A stretch of DNA of 55,193 nt from a virus (Duplodnaviria; Caudoviricetes): the IMG/VR virus record IMGVR_UViG_3300048686_000358, positions 1 through 55,193 of that record. One strand, written 5' to 3'. The notes under the pieces were generated by a model. It saw nothing but the letters and a program-made list of their open reading frames with translations. It did no database searches and had not been told where the DNA came from. Numbering within the stretch: the first letter of the stretch is position 1; each line of letters begins with the position of its first letter. Position numbers and translations under genes: made by a program. Below, one piece after another: positions 50,601-55,193 of this stretch.

Positions 50601-51274
50601 CCTAGTATATCACGAACTGGTATATTTGGTTGTGCAGGATCATATCCACTTACACCAGGCTCACCTTGAATCCAAAATTGACTGTCTTGATTTACAGTAA
50701 AAGTATATGTGCCACCACGTAATAATGTGATAACGGGATTGGTTGCACCTTGAGGCTGTCCATCTAATGTGATATTATATCCGTTTGGAGTATCTGTGAC
50801 AATAAACTGACCTGCATTAAAAATGATGTCAGTTGAAATTGTTACTGATTCTGGACCGTCTGGTAGCCAATAATACTGATTAAAATTAATTATTTTATCT
50901 AGGTTGGTATAACTTTCCCATGAATAAAATTGAGACTCAAATAGTCTACTATTGTCATTAACTACACCACCTTCAAGTGCTAGCCCATCAACAATTCCAG
51001 GATAACTTATAAAATCTTGTGCTACACTTGTGCCGTCTTTTAAGAAAACTACGCCCGGCTCAAGTTGATAATCTGTTCGTGTTTTTGTAGGTTCTGTAAC
51101 ATAATAGTCTTTAGCATTTACACCATAACCAATTTTACTTCCAACATAACCTTGCACACGCATTGTGTTAGGTTGGTCAACAATTTGATCTAATGTTGCA
51201 TTTAAAAACTGTGCATTAGTAACAGTTTGAAAGACTTCCGGAAGAAAGTTAAGTGTTCTGATTCGTGAGACCAT
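32657..51274 (-). CDS. Giant (6205 aa) virion structural protein, probable baseplate component with adhesion-type repeats
   Basis: Uninterrupted 18.6-kb ORF following the gp25-like and gp6-like genes. Contains FG-GAP-like propeller repeats (LVVGAP, LIIGAP, FVVGAP, VMVGAP), BNR-like repeats (VAVGNNGAIITSPDGVTWT), ~14 'F.G..FGG....T.YYV..I....FTIS.T.GG' repeats and the INEVKPYH motif. Confidence 0.85.
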   Translation of the reverse strand: MVSRIRTLNFLPEVFQTVTNAQFLNATLDQIVDQPNTMRVQGYVGSKIGYGVNAKDYYVTEPTKTRTDYQLEPGVVFLKDGTSVAQDFISYPGIVDGLALEGGVVNDNSRLFESQFYSWESYTNLDKIINFNQYYWLPDGPESVTISTDIIFNAGQFIVTDTPNGYNITLDGQPQGATNPVITLLRGGTYTFTVNQDSQFWIQGEPGVSGYDPAQPNIPVRDILGVSNNGAEVGLVTFTVPFKNAQDEYNFPGNNPVGVVSTTPFDQINGKRVSELTNGIDGVTALNNLTLMFYNTGVSNEQGFVQKFYDETLYDESGPYSGTQTVSTPSGPVTFPVGGNPYVFPGTSLDETNFEGGFYTDVAATFYRIVYVGDMADPTIQLVVQGPIPTNEKIIPQYGTQWVGRGFYRNTAGTISLIPYLSAIKDVLYYQDGTSANKVGQIRLIQNNITNRINVLTDILGKQNYTAPNGVVFTNGLKVILQGDIYPTSYANTEFYVEGVGTAIELIRVDELVAAKGFTSEVYAPYDLLPYDIGNYDGSLYIPITPDYITIARNSIDKNAWAKTNRWFHINVINATATYNNDPNLISLYATQENKAKRPIIEFYPNIKLFNSGTVGKQPIDYIDFHTTDAFSQVAGKEVFYPDTQVYTTYNATILGNSNPSVYTTTVTVPINSVNVPFEVDQYITDSNNVLPQNTQIIAVTKTTTNYVLTVEWTGSNVFSTATDVAIYAGDEQLDAYDIFDGARIVFASDTDVNVKNKIYIVRLSTITSSSTPVITLTEADDGEVLFNEQTAILRGYYNAGKDFYYGPKFNITTELYETDWVEAQEKVTVNQAPLFDVFDKNNYSFGNKEVYPSSSFEGNKLFSYGLGSGLDDPILGFPVRYSSVANVGDISFDVSLNLDSFNYVRNGQSITQDVNTGYIFDYSDVDTFERSIGWVTAVGPSVQYQVFQFKYDALAPTSTYKCDIPKLAANESPWPTIQVFINNVRQSATDYTFDVVGNSTIITLSVPNPDVDTVVEVFLLSNEVSSSAYYTVPINLNNNPFNADVEQVNVGDIRGHYQSIFYNNPYTTGEVFGINNYNDLGNLVPYGTAIIQNSASLVLPGTFLRKQDYNLFNALMYNSKEYANFKNILINTVTNSSYTNFETPAYVLDDALDQITASKIDSDSFFWSDMLPSKAPYITNTYSFANSLDVSKYPLATIYNFNTANYNSVLVYLSRVVNNQPTITQLIHNVDYTVSTDSRVLTVTKDLLPGDQITINEYNQTYGSFVPNTPTKLGLYPSTIPNVVLDENYNNPTYFIVGHDGSYTKLYGEYDPVTQTLNDYRDQVLLEFEKRIYNNLKLGQVIPIRDYDVIPGNFRTTDYDYNEILSIYSESFLNWVGQNRITYKTQYYNPANEFTYNYNQSGNKINKAQIIQGYWRGIYQYFYDTSTPDTTPWEMIGFTNKPDWWETRYGPAPYTSDNTVLWGDLANGINWNNGDPVVISAYQRPGLLQVLPVNSEGNLVSPFVSIVGNYSNQSFRRDWAVGDVGPSEFAYRRSSAWPFDLMRILALTRPANFFNLGVDLDNYRYNSEFDQWLVDNRTHLVINDIEIYGNGTAKTSYINWIVDYCKQIGIDGGTSITTLLDNLDVRLVYRVAGFSDKTLLKFYVEKSTANSTNSSLLIPDESYQVLLYENQPFSKLIFSGVVVQLTANGKYRVYGNSQTLAYFKTFAPKINGNYDNIKIGDLSIQVANDYTDKIILVPYGQEFETPQQVGQFLASYSKYLESQGCVFDVIESGLAITWRQMTLEFMYWVQTGWEAGSIINLNPAANQITVNKDGHVVQPLTLQQQNFILNQNAYPIQIVDMSIVRDGTSFTAKPLNDGDTVALTQFYISNIEHGIVFDNVTLFDDIIYNLVTGLRQNRILLKGTKSAEWNGLLDASGFILNQDNIREWDRTIKYTKGAIVKYKNKYWTALKIIQANEIFNERAWKETDYDEIQKGLLPNSSTRSYEATLYYDVNKANLEQDADLLSFSLIGYRPRDYLAIADLTDITQINVYKNFIKNKGTRNSVNVFKGAQLPQGGIDYDVYENWAIKTGEYGGVLNTNFVEFKLNESLLTGNPSIVGLADGEDSEGVQQEVPLYNLLNYGRLITDPDILPTLPVDTPNTLLPSAGYVNLNDVKATSYYFSGLPVANNPLSKIYVGDYIWLAQFQGTWQIFAPTPIGTVIGAKNNNNGTANITLDTPHNLQKLDPLAIINFDNAVDGYYVVQSIVDPYTVQLALSLSTNVQTVTGTGVCLKLQSQRIEKPNQINSLPLLAKEFVQNKVWVDENSDGSWAVLRKKLNYKYDSEVTKNNSSSFGTAVAYDANLGYLISDSDLGEVYRYAYDALTKTYVLTQTITESPSFGTTIEHTDDLFVISQPTGATQSDRKIFLYQLINNALQDELVLIQEPIIAPNNNVTNWGSAISLSGDKNWIFVSDTANNNVYVYNKDATTQKYELSNVLTLGTLSSGDAFSSSIATDYFGKTLVVGAPRQNYSGSINDWGYAYVFDRLYQTYETQNSSIPYVPQTFNLLLYPTTQSSTVTATTVTTNILTAAATSAFSLFDPVVFTGTTFGGIFQNTVYYISSIPGGTQFTVAKNKLSGTATRTLSIDDKIIVNDTTSMVVGRPIKFYGSYTTSGITENTVYYIKTIGTRTIDDVTYPAITISEDPALSTTFQVTNATPNLSFVTVDADVTLTTATGTMAAVAQTQSMYIDVNGTLLSDKNYAVTSQFDPITSSVIYTLNIYSSLTAGDIITISSNNFVYAQQLTSETSPEVGSKFATSLDVDKYATELIIGAPFEVSQINGEGAVYRFTNSAAKYGTITGTTDCALLTASTILINGYSVNLPAGNASTIALTINNANIPNVVATAVNGKLTIALINVNLAYINDKLNVSAFNQGVLTALGFELFTFTQLVNCPHIQGTNAFGTKVKYNEKSSFVVGAPIGTRFEYTTFDFTDDSNFDNDLVFDNNTTQFIDSLNNVGAVYMYDYLPVYNESLNNTGTYVYAQSVNALNQVNGNQPLYGTVLEFNDNVVMVGAPNFRPDVTRGQVVIYNNATGEQDWSTFRYSAPVVDVRKIQNIQIYSAETNNTLVNLDYFDPLQGKLMGVVAQNIDVISGSDPAGYNSPATTSRGTITWGPAQVGQLWLDTSSLRYMNYHQNDIVYNSKYWGRVFPGSDVSIYSWIISAVPPVDYPGPGTPRDIDNYSIQYTINTEGKSVPRYFYWVRNTNLIFKNQGKTLSDFICQSYIASPNGSGIEYFAPLSTNVFGLYNCAPAINELDSILHIGYSTGNNDDVSHNSYSLIRSNYPDDFLPGLPGTAGFTRPESLYNRMLESLSGTDEAGGVVPDPYLPKLVQSGVLARPRQSFFYNRFEGLENYLQYFNTILKQYPFSETANPTFLFNKGPINPSTGKPMWDTENYWEYINWWAVGYNNNTKSNVQVAVYSDLSTLSVPTGTIAKVATNSAGLSETYILKDTGVWERIGLQNGTIQFKSSLWDYEAAGFGFGGSFFDTDPYDTYPSEETRNVLRTLNEELPEVLFEYRNKALILLFDYIQSETIENQNYLPWLNKTSLIDVSHTIRELRPIEVFQSDNQEFLAGYINEVKPYHVVIKDFLFKYTGEDIYTGDVTDFDLPSQYNKTYEKFISPELVFSNPNSIYEYLPNNQIWQTQPYNQWYQNYGISLIGQNNYPITTLASYLELTTLSMVVDNVNGFPINGLITIDDEQIAYSQIDLATNTISGLTRGVNGTEITNHLPGQQIYIDLPAVLMLNGGRGYANPPRVTAYIDTNIYPAPRRQAVLQANMFLDTVLSVTVIDPGEGYVVLPEIQFDPAYTIYIDSANVSTYTSSFILSQPLIVTGDLVKYVVGEGSTTIGGLIDNEFYYARVIVDTPNFEVALYSSYIGALEDHNRIVISSSGTGTTNQLQIVARASCVTSSYPIRENNLTLRYDRTTYNSRITEWSPGNFYGSFYAGLFNNSTQISSSSISLQSTQPPIDSILASAEGAAFEVIDVEQQTNITWSSRTRNTLETYGPATAYPNAIRIAPNPGGAPDEGTVGPTTGFYVGMPVKFTGIVIGGLVDETIYYVESIVDLERFTISATSGGPVFVLSTATVPTATCTCLVGELTDKTILTLDYPGILQATETTATTNVVTVPLTLTGQGGTNNFYVGLPVFFTGNVFGGIEENQTYYVTTIVDNQNFTMSTTNDPLVVEVTATTASNDQVTCESTLGLNVNDRIIFNNMVVSGSPVNNFGNLVSGTTYYVCQIIDGTHFTVTTVLNGSLISLANETGTCTLTSQMATVNLTSATGSMTLNVGLPISPGQISGQQFTMYPTSQQYPGLTGGGTVGNLVVETIKATLAAPVNRVCLDTNTNTLALVYNNLAFQLDSSIGGLSSGTPYYVIDSGVTTVTVTNTSSTGNLLTCADTTILYVNMPIEFSGTALGGVQFDFQYYVESIASATQFTIKTTLAGSAVTLTNDNGSMTGTGQAYVELSASQGGSAVALSGATGTIEMTQYINPSNIAEFDISYILGGYRVIVTDPGAGYTINNTIVISGNDIGGVSPLNDLTLTVNSIDVIVPNPDPNNPWKIPVESNGEITQLICSGVPNDTVTSYYFKVINENQVEVYSDPLLSVPVAYGDFPFEGIRSTTATSTTAGTDIITLTSSTGFNVNDPVVFTGDVFGGSNIEIGATYYITSISGNDITVSETVGGTDVVLSTESGSMYVAKSGDYALLPEPFYFDQSIVKYNNKVYQCIISNNDDEFILGKWELIGSDNRLLNELDRIIGYYKPSTTDTLGWSNYINMPGQDLTQLIDGITYPNSIYLGNAFAPADEYEIDTVLQDKPFYPPNLGSVGIVYDNTKYVAIANSPTNTESVISTNSTEWVTEKITTVPVSATDITYGNGYYVVTTHNNNTPIYISPDAIIWTSTGVGTLLTPTVNIENAILNGVTYDGTNYVAVGEKIYTSNDVYNWTKKYEFTNGLTNNLNSVTSANITFFNGLIAVGKGQQNLSGIISNISLLLISNDNGVTWTSPAAALTSSGFNDVTSGNNTIIVVGENGVVYSSLNGSSYTAEASGIAVNLNAVTYGNGLFVAVGNNGAIITSPDGVTWTVRTSGTTKDLYDIVYNGTNKFVIVGEESIILTSSNGTTWTTTSEISSDPTFYTVQGAEFTFGYGPEELVPGVVTDSMQMIVNTRPGTNWEATEYAHVGYRVTSTEIVPTTSSQVTYSFAGLSRNPAQLAIFVIDYTTGLSTSLYDTDYIIDWYNQTVTLNSPLNFFPDPDILRIDVYDVGNGDQLVKSNSSNDPIRLNDETGFSEIYLTCNYSALKTEGSGVVRSALTETNAIETFASTNSIECEDVSGFTINGMVVFSGTTFGNIVAGTHYYVKSIDYVNNLISISATIVSGVAGSIFTLIDATGTMVVIPETTVWTDPYVQHNGTRLVLGDKFNITGTNSATNTVVCNTTVGMDNNDPITFSDTIFGGIISPQTVYYVKNVIDDNEFTISATPGGSVISLTDATGGALAITYDYVFGIADNGISAKIIFSTVYNSSVDYLSYTVFGETTPEQYGYTLPETELITADGSATYVITNYNAGDNAENAIVEVNGLRVLPSTYNINSNLDTITFTSGIPSSGDVIAITTFNRTERQYFLTNSYTITSSTPNNTVDPISYVDNVFSAPLSVTQVSQVSSTGNIITCEDTSGFVVGQTAIFKNLTGLPFAGSNVQTDGTVYFVDSIVSATEFTISTTPGGSVFDPGTGLGVMTVYIGGLSTIRVTTTNPHNFVTNDYVRIDGVVGSTQLNNNLYYVHVISATSVDLYLTPYQPLLTDTNNPVINVANYVSGGYIFIDGNFVLQNTTGTSTTAGTNLVSVTSTTGLVPNTPVIFTGNVGASNIVEGQTYYIKDVDLVSPNTFTISETHAGDIFVLATASSLSFSVTQWEQYNVERLWVTINGYRVPSSALRLNADNNLSILREIQPGDEVIITSMIPSATPDQETYMELINKEGTQTIYRANSQTSTWLTQDLDYTDTTIYLDDVTRVTATIVQNEVAPAAVDGVITIGLDADKRIITQIIVVNNTTATTLTSNDYYFAISSIAPVIKITNGVTAGDSVTITVVEGNTIFVNGEQIRFRTADLATNTLTGLSRGVNGTGVQVFISKYSDVYGFLSENLLSSVQYNKTWNSYDFNPVEGDPLQISETIGAEFLNQDVG

Positions 51275-51295
51275 CGTGTTTTCTCTTTATATTAC

Positions 51296-54200
51296 TTATC
51301 TTGCCTGTAACTCGTTGGGTGTCAACGCTGCGATTACTACCACATCGTTTGCAGTAGCACCGTTTACAAATATTTCATAAGGGGCGCATTTAATTTCATA
51401 TAGATCACCAAAACTTAATGTTGGGTCATTTGGAACCAACACAACTGAACTTACTAATTCGCCAAGTTGATCATGCAGATACGCACTTAACTCTGAGAAA
51501 TAAAATGTATCGCCGAAGTTCCAATTATTAATGTTAAAATAATCATTCATTGATGAAAGCACAGCACTTCTTATTTCACTATTACTTGCAGCAGTATTTT
51601 GTGCCTTGATAACTTTTATTGTTGCTCGTAAAGCGGGTGGTGCTTTAGGACCAAATAATGGCTTGAACACAACACTATTCATAACCATTGAATCACTTAA
51701 CATTTTATATTCTTGTAACCCACTATATTCATTACTTAATTCACTAATTGTAGGTCTTGTTGGCATTGGTATACTATTTGTACTGTCCTGAATATAATTT
51801 TGATACGCAGTATAATAACTTTGAGGTACCACATATAAATCTATAATATTTGTTGTGGCAGGATTAATACGGGTAGTATTATTGCTATTATGTCTGTATT
51901 GGTATGATAAACCCTGTCTACCTGGCAACACTTTATATGCACCTTCAGTTTGCTCTATCATTATATATGAAGGTGTAGTTACAGTTTGATCTTGCACAGA
52001 AATATAAAATTTATTTTCAGCATATGCATAAAACAATGTATTGACTGGATAATCGTATTTTACAACTTCAACTTGCGTGATTGTTGGATATTGAAAAATT
52101 ACATCGGTAGTTGGAATAATTTGATACCTAGAAAGTGTGACAGAATCTTCAACTCGTTGAAAGAATACATATATTCCAACATTTGTTGCACCAAATTGAT
52201 AGCCTGTAAGTGTTGTGAAAAAGTCTGGATTTAAAATAACAACTCTATCATTAACATCGATGCTTGAAACTTCAACTTCAAAGTCATTTACATATCCATC
52301 AGTTTCAATAGTTTGACCAGTGATGTTAACTTGAATAGGTACTGATAGTGGATTATTACTACCTGGCTGTGTATTAGACTCAAGTACTTTTACATAATCT
52401 TGCAAAATTTTTCCTGAGAATGGATCATAAACAAGTTTACCACTTTCAAAGAAAAATCTTGTGTCTGCAACACTACCAAAATAATAATTTAATGAGCGAT
52501 ATGTTACAACATATCTATTGCTACCCAAACTTGTAAACTTCACAAAATATTCAGGATCAGTGAATGAACTAACTTGCCATCTTTGTTGCGTAATTAATAA
52601 ACTATTATCAAAAATCAACGTGAAGTCTTGGTTAAGTTCCATTCTTGTCAAGCATTCTTGTATCACAATATTAGGTAGTGTATTGTCAAATGCAGGTATA
52701 ATCTGTGTTGCTACAGCACCTTCTGGAACTAACCCGTTTAATGTAACTGGACCTATGCCGGTCGCAAACTGACCAACACCATTATTGTAACCATCACCTA
52801 CTACATTCAATACAGTAGTCCAAAAATATGTTCTATTACTTGGTCCAGCAATGCCTGCAACAAGTCTGTTACTAGAATCAAAATAATAACCTGAAGGTGC
52901 TTCAAATTTAATTAATGACCCCTGTGTTATATATTTTAATGTATATGTTGAATATGTTCCAATTGGTACAGGCGTTTCTGCACTTCCTACTATATTATAA
53001 AAATAACCGGTAACATTATTTGCATTTACTGTAGAAACATTCCAATATATGTTTCCGTAATTAGTAGAAAGATTATATCTAGGATATGTAGTTGTATCGG
53101 CAATATAATATTGTCTCGCTTTATTTCCTGATAGTGCTACTGCTAAGTTAGTAGTCAAGAAACTAATAATATCGCCAGTGTTATTGATAGTAAGATTTAA
53201 GAATCCTTCAGTGTCATCTTGATAGATGGCACCATCATTTGCAAAACTATTAGTACTAGAATACTTTCCGGTTGGATCCAATAAATCTAAATTTTTACTA
53301 ACGCCGATGCTTGTTCTATTAATCGCTTTAGACTTAATAATTGAACTGTATAATGTATATGGGAAGTTGTTATAATCTTCACCATTTACCATACGATTTT
53401 GAGTATAATATCTGGCTGGTGCTCGTTGTTTAATTTGCGATAATGGTTCTCTTGCTTGTGCATTTGACACAGGAGTTTGTAGTGTAAGACCTAACTGTAA
53501 TGTTTCTACTCTACCAACTCTACTTACATATGGAATGTTTACTGTAATGCCTTGCATTTCAATAGGATCAATTGTATATGTAAGTGCATTGCCTGCACGA
53601 ACATACGCTCTATATGTACCCACTGGCATTTCTGAAAATACGCCATCACCGAATGTGTAACTTACCTGATCATTAAATCTAGATGCTACGCTGAAAATTT
53701 TTCTGGCGCTAGATTCTGTTTGTAGATATGCGTTTGCATATACATTTTCAACTTGTTTCCACAAAAGTCTAGTATTATTACTTACATTAAGTTGAAATAA
53801 CCAAGTATCAGTTTCATTTATACCTTCAATATTAATATCAACAACTTGATTTGCAATTTGTTGTTGAAGATTAAAATCATACGTGTTTAATGAACCCTGT
53901 TTGAAATAAAAGAAAAATCCTGTGTTTGGGCTTCCGTAACCCAATTTGTCATTTCTAAAAAGTATATTCATTTTTCCACTAGGAGAAGGTGGAATTTCGT
54001 AAACATTATCACTATCAACACTTGTAACACTAACAAGTTCAAAGTTCATTGTTTTTCCATCTACGGTGGTTGTAAACGGAACTATCGGCAAGTTGGCAAT
54101 AGGTATGTTGACACTATATTCGTCTGTTTTTATACCTAAAATTTGTTGACTATTACCGGGCCTACCAATTTTTTGTGAGTTAATTAATGTAGCATTGATT

Positions 54201-54676
54201 ATAGTATTGTATTGATTTAGCCAATTTGCATTTGCAGGATCATTCCAAAGAATGGGGAAATTACTCAAATTAAAACCATTAATGTCGGTAATATTTTCAG
54301 TTGTTTGTATACTTGTTATTTTTATATAACCTTGACCGGCAAGATTTCTTTTAGGGTTATAACTAACCAGGTTGGCTAGTTTGATAACACTGTCTCTACG
54401 TTCAGCAGTATCAATAAAATTTTCACGGGCATTTAAATCACTACGATATGCAAGGCCTTGACCCATGAATGCGATAACATCAAGTAATGCAATAAATTCA
54501 CTTGATTCTACAAAGTCATTAAACGTTTCAGGATAGTAGACACGCAGATAATCGATGAAACTTTTGCGTAATGTTTCATAGTCATAACTTCTAAAATCTG
54601 CCTCGCGGAAGGTTTGGTATATCGCTCTCCAGTCGTTTGTACCAAAAAGTGCTGATTGTCTTGAACTTGTAGCCAT
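51296..54676 (-). CDS. Baseplate wedge subunit (T4 gp6-like)
   Basis: 1126 aa. DFRSYDYETLR, FNDFVESSE, RENFIDTAERRDSV.KLA.LVSYNPKR, FGDGVFS, IKQRAP..YYTQNRMVNGEDY. Confidence 0.82.
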   Translation of the reverse strand: MATSSRQSALFGTNDWRAIYQTFREADFRSYDYETLRKSFIDYLRVYYPETFNDFVESSEFIALLDVIAFMGQGLAYRSDLNARENFIDTAERRDSVIKLANLVSYNPKRNLAGQGYIKITSIQTTENITDINGFNLSNFPILWNDPANANWLNQYNTIINATLINSQKIGRPGNSQQILGIKTDEYSVNIPIANLPIVPFTTTVDGKTMNFELVSVTSVDSDNVYEIPPSPSGKMNILFRNDKLGYGSPNTGFFFYFKQGSLNTYDFNLQQQIANQVVDINIEGINETDTWLFQLNVSNNTRLLWKQVENVYANAYLQTESSARKIFSVASRFNDQVSYTFGDGVFSEMPVGTYRAYVRAGNALTYTIDPIEMQGITVNIPYVSRVGRVETLQLGLTLQTPVSNAQAREPLSQIKQRAPARYYTQNRMVNGEDYNNFPYTLYSSIIKSKAINRTSIGVSKNLDLLDPTGKYSSTNSFANDGAIYQDDTEGFLNLTINNTGDIISFLTTNLAVALSGNKARQYYIADTTTYPRYNLSTNYGNIYWNVSTVNANNVTGYFYNIVGSAETPVPIGTYSTYTLKYITQGSLIKFEAPSGYYFDSSNRLVAGIAGPSNRTYFWTTVLNVVGDGYNNGVGQFATGIGPVTLNGLVPEGAVATQIIPAFDNTLPNIVIQECLTRMELNQDFTLIFDNSLLITQQRWQVSSFTDPEYFVKFTSLGSNRYVVTYRSLNYYFGSVADTRFFFESGKLVYDPFSGKILQDYVKVLESNTQPGSNNPLSVPIQVNITGQTIETDGYVNDFEVEVSSIDVNDRVVILNPDFFTTLTGYQFGATNVGIYVFFQRVEDSVTLSRYQIIPTTDVIFQYPTITQVEVVKYDYPVNTLFYAYAENKFYISVQDQTVTTPSYIMIEQTEGAYKVLPGRQGLSYQYRHNSNNTTRINPATTNIIDLYVVPQSYYTAYQNYIQDSTNSIPMPTRPTISELSNEYSGLQEYKMLSDSMVMNSVVFKPLFGPKAPPALRATIKVIKAQNTAASNSEIRSAVLSSMNDYFNINNWNFGDTFYFSELSAYLHDQLGELVSSVVLVPNDPTLSFGDLYEIKCAPYEIFVNGATANDVVVIAALTPNELQAR

Positions 54677-54695
54677 GGATTATTTCTCTTTTCAG

Positions 54696-54702
54696 TATTT
54701 AT
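54696..54702 (-). promoter_or_regulatory. Putative late promoter ATAAATA before the gp6-like gene
   Basis: Intergenic GATAAATAC about 20 nt upstream of the ATG; resembles the T4 late consensus TATAAATA. Confidence 0.55.
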
Positions 54703-54726
54703 CATACTTAAAAGTATGGATTTTGA

Positions 54727-55176
54727 TTACTGAATCTTGGCTCTGTTTGTGCTTTGATCAAAGAAAACGCTCAATAGTTGTGCGTTATTAAAGGGAGTAA
54801 TCGCAATTTCAACTTCTAAAAGTATTCCATTTTCTTTGGGAAATGCTTTAACAGAGTTCAGAACAAGTCTTGGATCACTGCCTGCAACTCTACGTAGTTC
54901 GTTCTCAAGTTGAAATTGTACATCTGCTGTGTTTGGCTCGAATACAAACGACCACAATGTTGTACCGTATTTAGGATTTCCTACTTTTTGTCCTTGAGGA
55001 ATATTTAAAGCATTTAAAAAGTCTTGTATTACTAATTGTTCATCAACTAATGTGAACTTTTTTCCAAATACGATAGGATTAGTCAAACTACCTGTACCAC
55101 CATCTACACCCTGAGGCAGATTGGTAGAGCGGGGCTTATTTGCGTTTATTGTGCTAAATCCTACATATGTTGGCAT
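54727..55176 (-). CDS. Baseplate wedge subunit / sheath initiator (T4 gp25-like, GPW_gp25)
   Basis: 149 aa. LNIPQGQKVGNPKYGTTLWSFVFEP...DPRL matches the GER..P.FG..L...LFEP...EPR pattern of the gp25 family. Confidence 0.85.
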   Translation of the reverse strand: MPTYVGFSTINANKPRSTNLPQGVDGGTGSLTNPIVFGKKFTLVDEQLVIQDFLNALNIPQGQKVGNPKYGTTLWSFVFEPNTADVQFQLENELRRVAGSDPRLVLNSVKAFPKENGILLEVEIAITPFNNAQLLSVFFDQSTNRAKIQ

Positions 55177-55193
55177 ATTATGTCCTTTTTGTA

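Noticed and set aside
32657-51274. Intein or intron inflating the giant ORF
   Set aside because: I saw no intein splice-junction motifs or homing-endonuclease signature. The extra length is accounted for by structural repeats.
179-52772. Numerous short plus-strand ORFs, and short alternative-frame minus-strand ORFs, in the ORF track
   Set aside because: They lie antisense to or inside long motif-bearing minus-strand genes and show no recognisable motifs, so they are best explained as shadow ORFs. The 221-aa ORF at 9452-10117 mirrors the repeat region.
1-55193. Alternative genetic code (stop-codon reassignment), as seen in some large phages
   Set aside because: The standard code already gives near-complete coding density, including an 18.6-kb ORF, and both TAA and TGA act as stops. 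I did not notice TAG stops, but nothing here requires TAG read-through.

Overview
AT-rich, gene-dense segment of a large tailed (probably myovirus-type) phage genome. All supported genes are on the minus strand, so transcription runs right to left. Three blocks follow in that order. (1) Tail/baseplate module, 55176-29641: gp25-like and gp6-like wedge proteins, a 6205-aa giant virion protein, two small structural genes, and a fibre-type protein with a C-terminal YADLAE chaperone-like domain followed by a Ser/Thr-rich virion protein. (2) A tightly coupled ~24 kb modification cluster, 29594-5654: three GT-A glycosyltransferase-like genes, nine tandem radical SAM enzymes (eight with an N-terminal twitch/SPASM-like Cys domain), three SGNH-like proteins, a NodU/CmcH/TobZ-type carbamoyltransferase, an unannotated 34-aa 'RDPFIYK' peptide, and a 1639-aa protein made of ~66-aa repeats and apparently degenerate GT-like domains. 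This is the best candidate for an undescribed system; my hypothesis is synthesis and radical tailoring of a glycan on the virion or host surface. (3) Host-interaction block, 5637-1: DNA methyltransferase, small exported proteins, a circularly permuted two-piece tmRNA (tag ANDSTYALAA), a Bug/TctC solute-binding protein, a 2OG-Fe(II)-like oxygenase, a porin, and pstS behind a triple Pho box. TAAATA/TAAGTA motifs precede many genes. All calls come from reading motifs by eye; no database searches were run.
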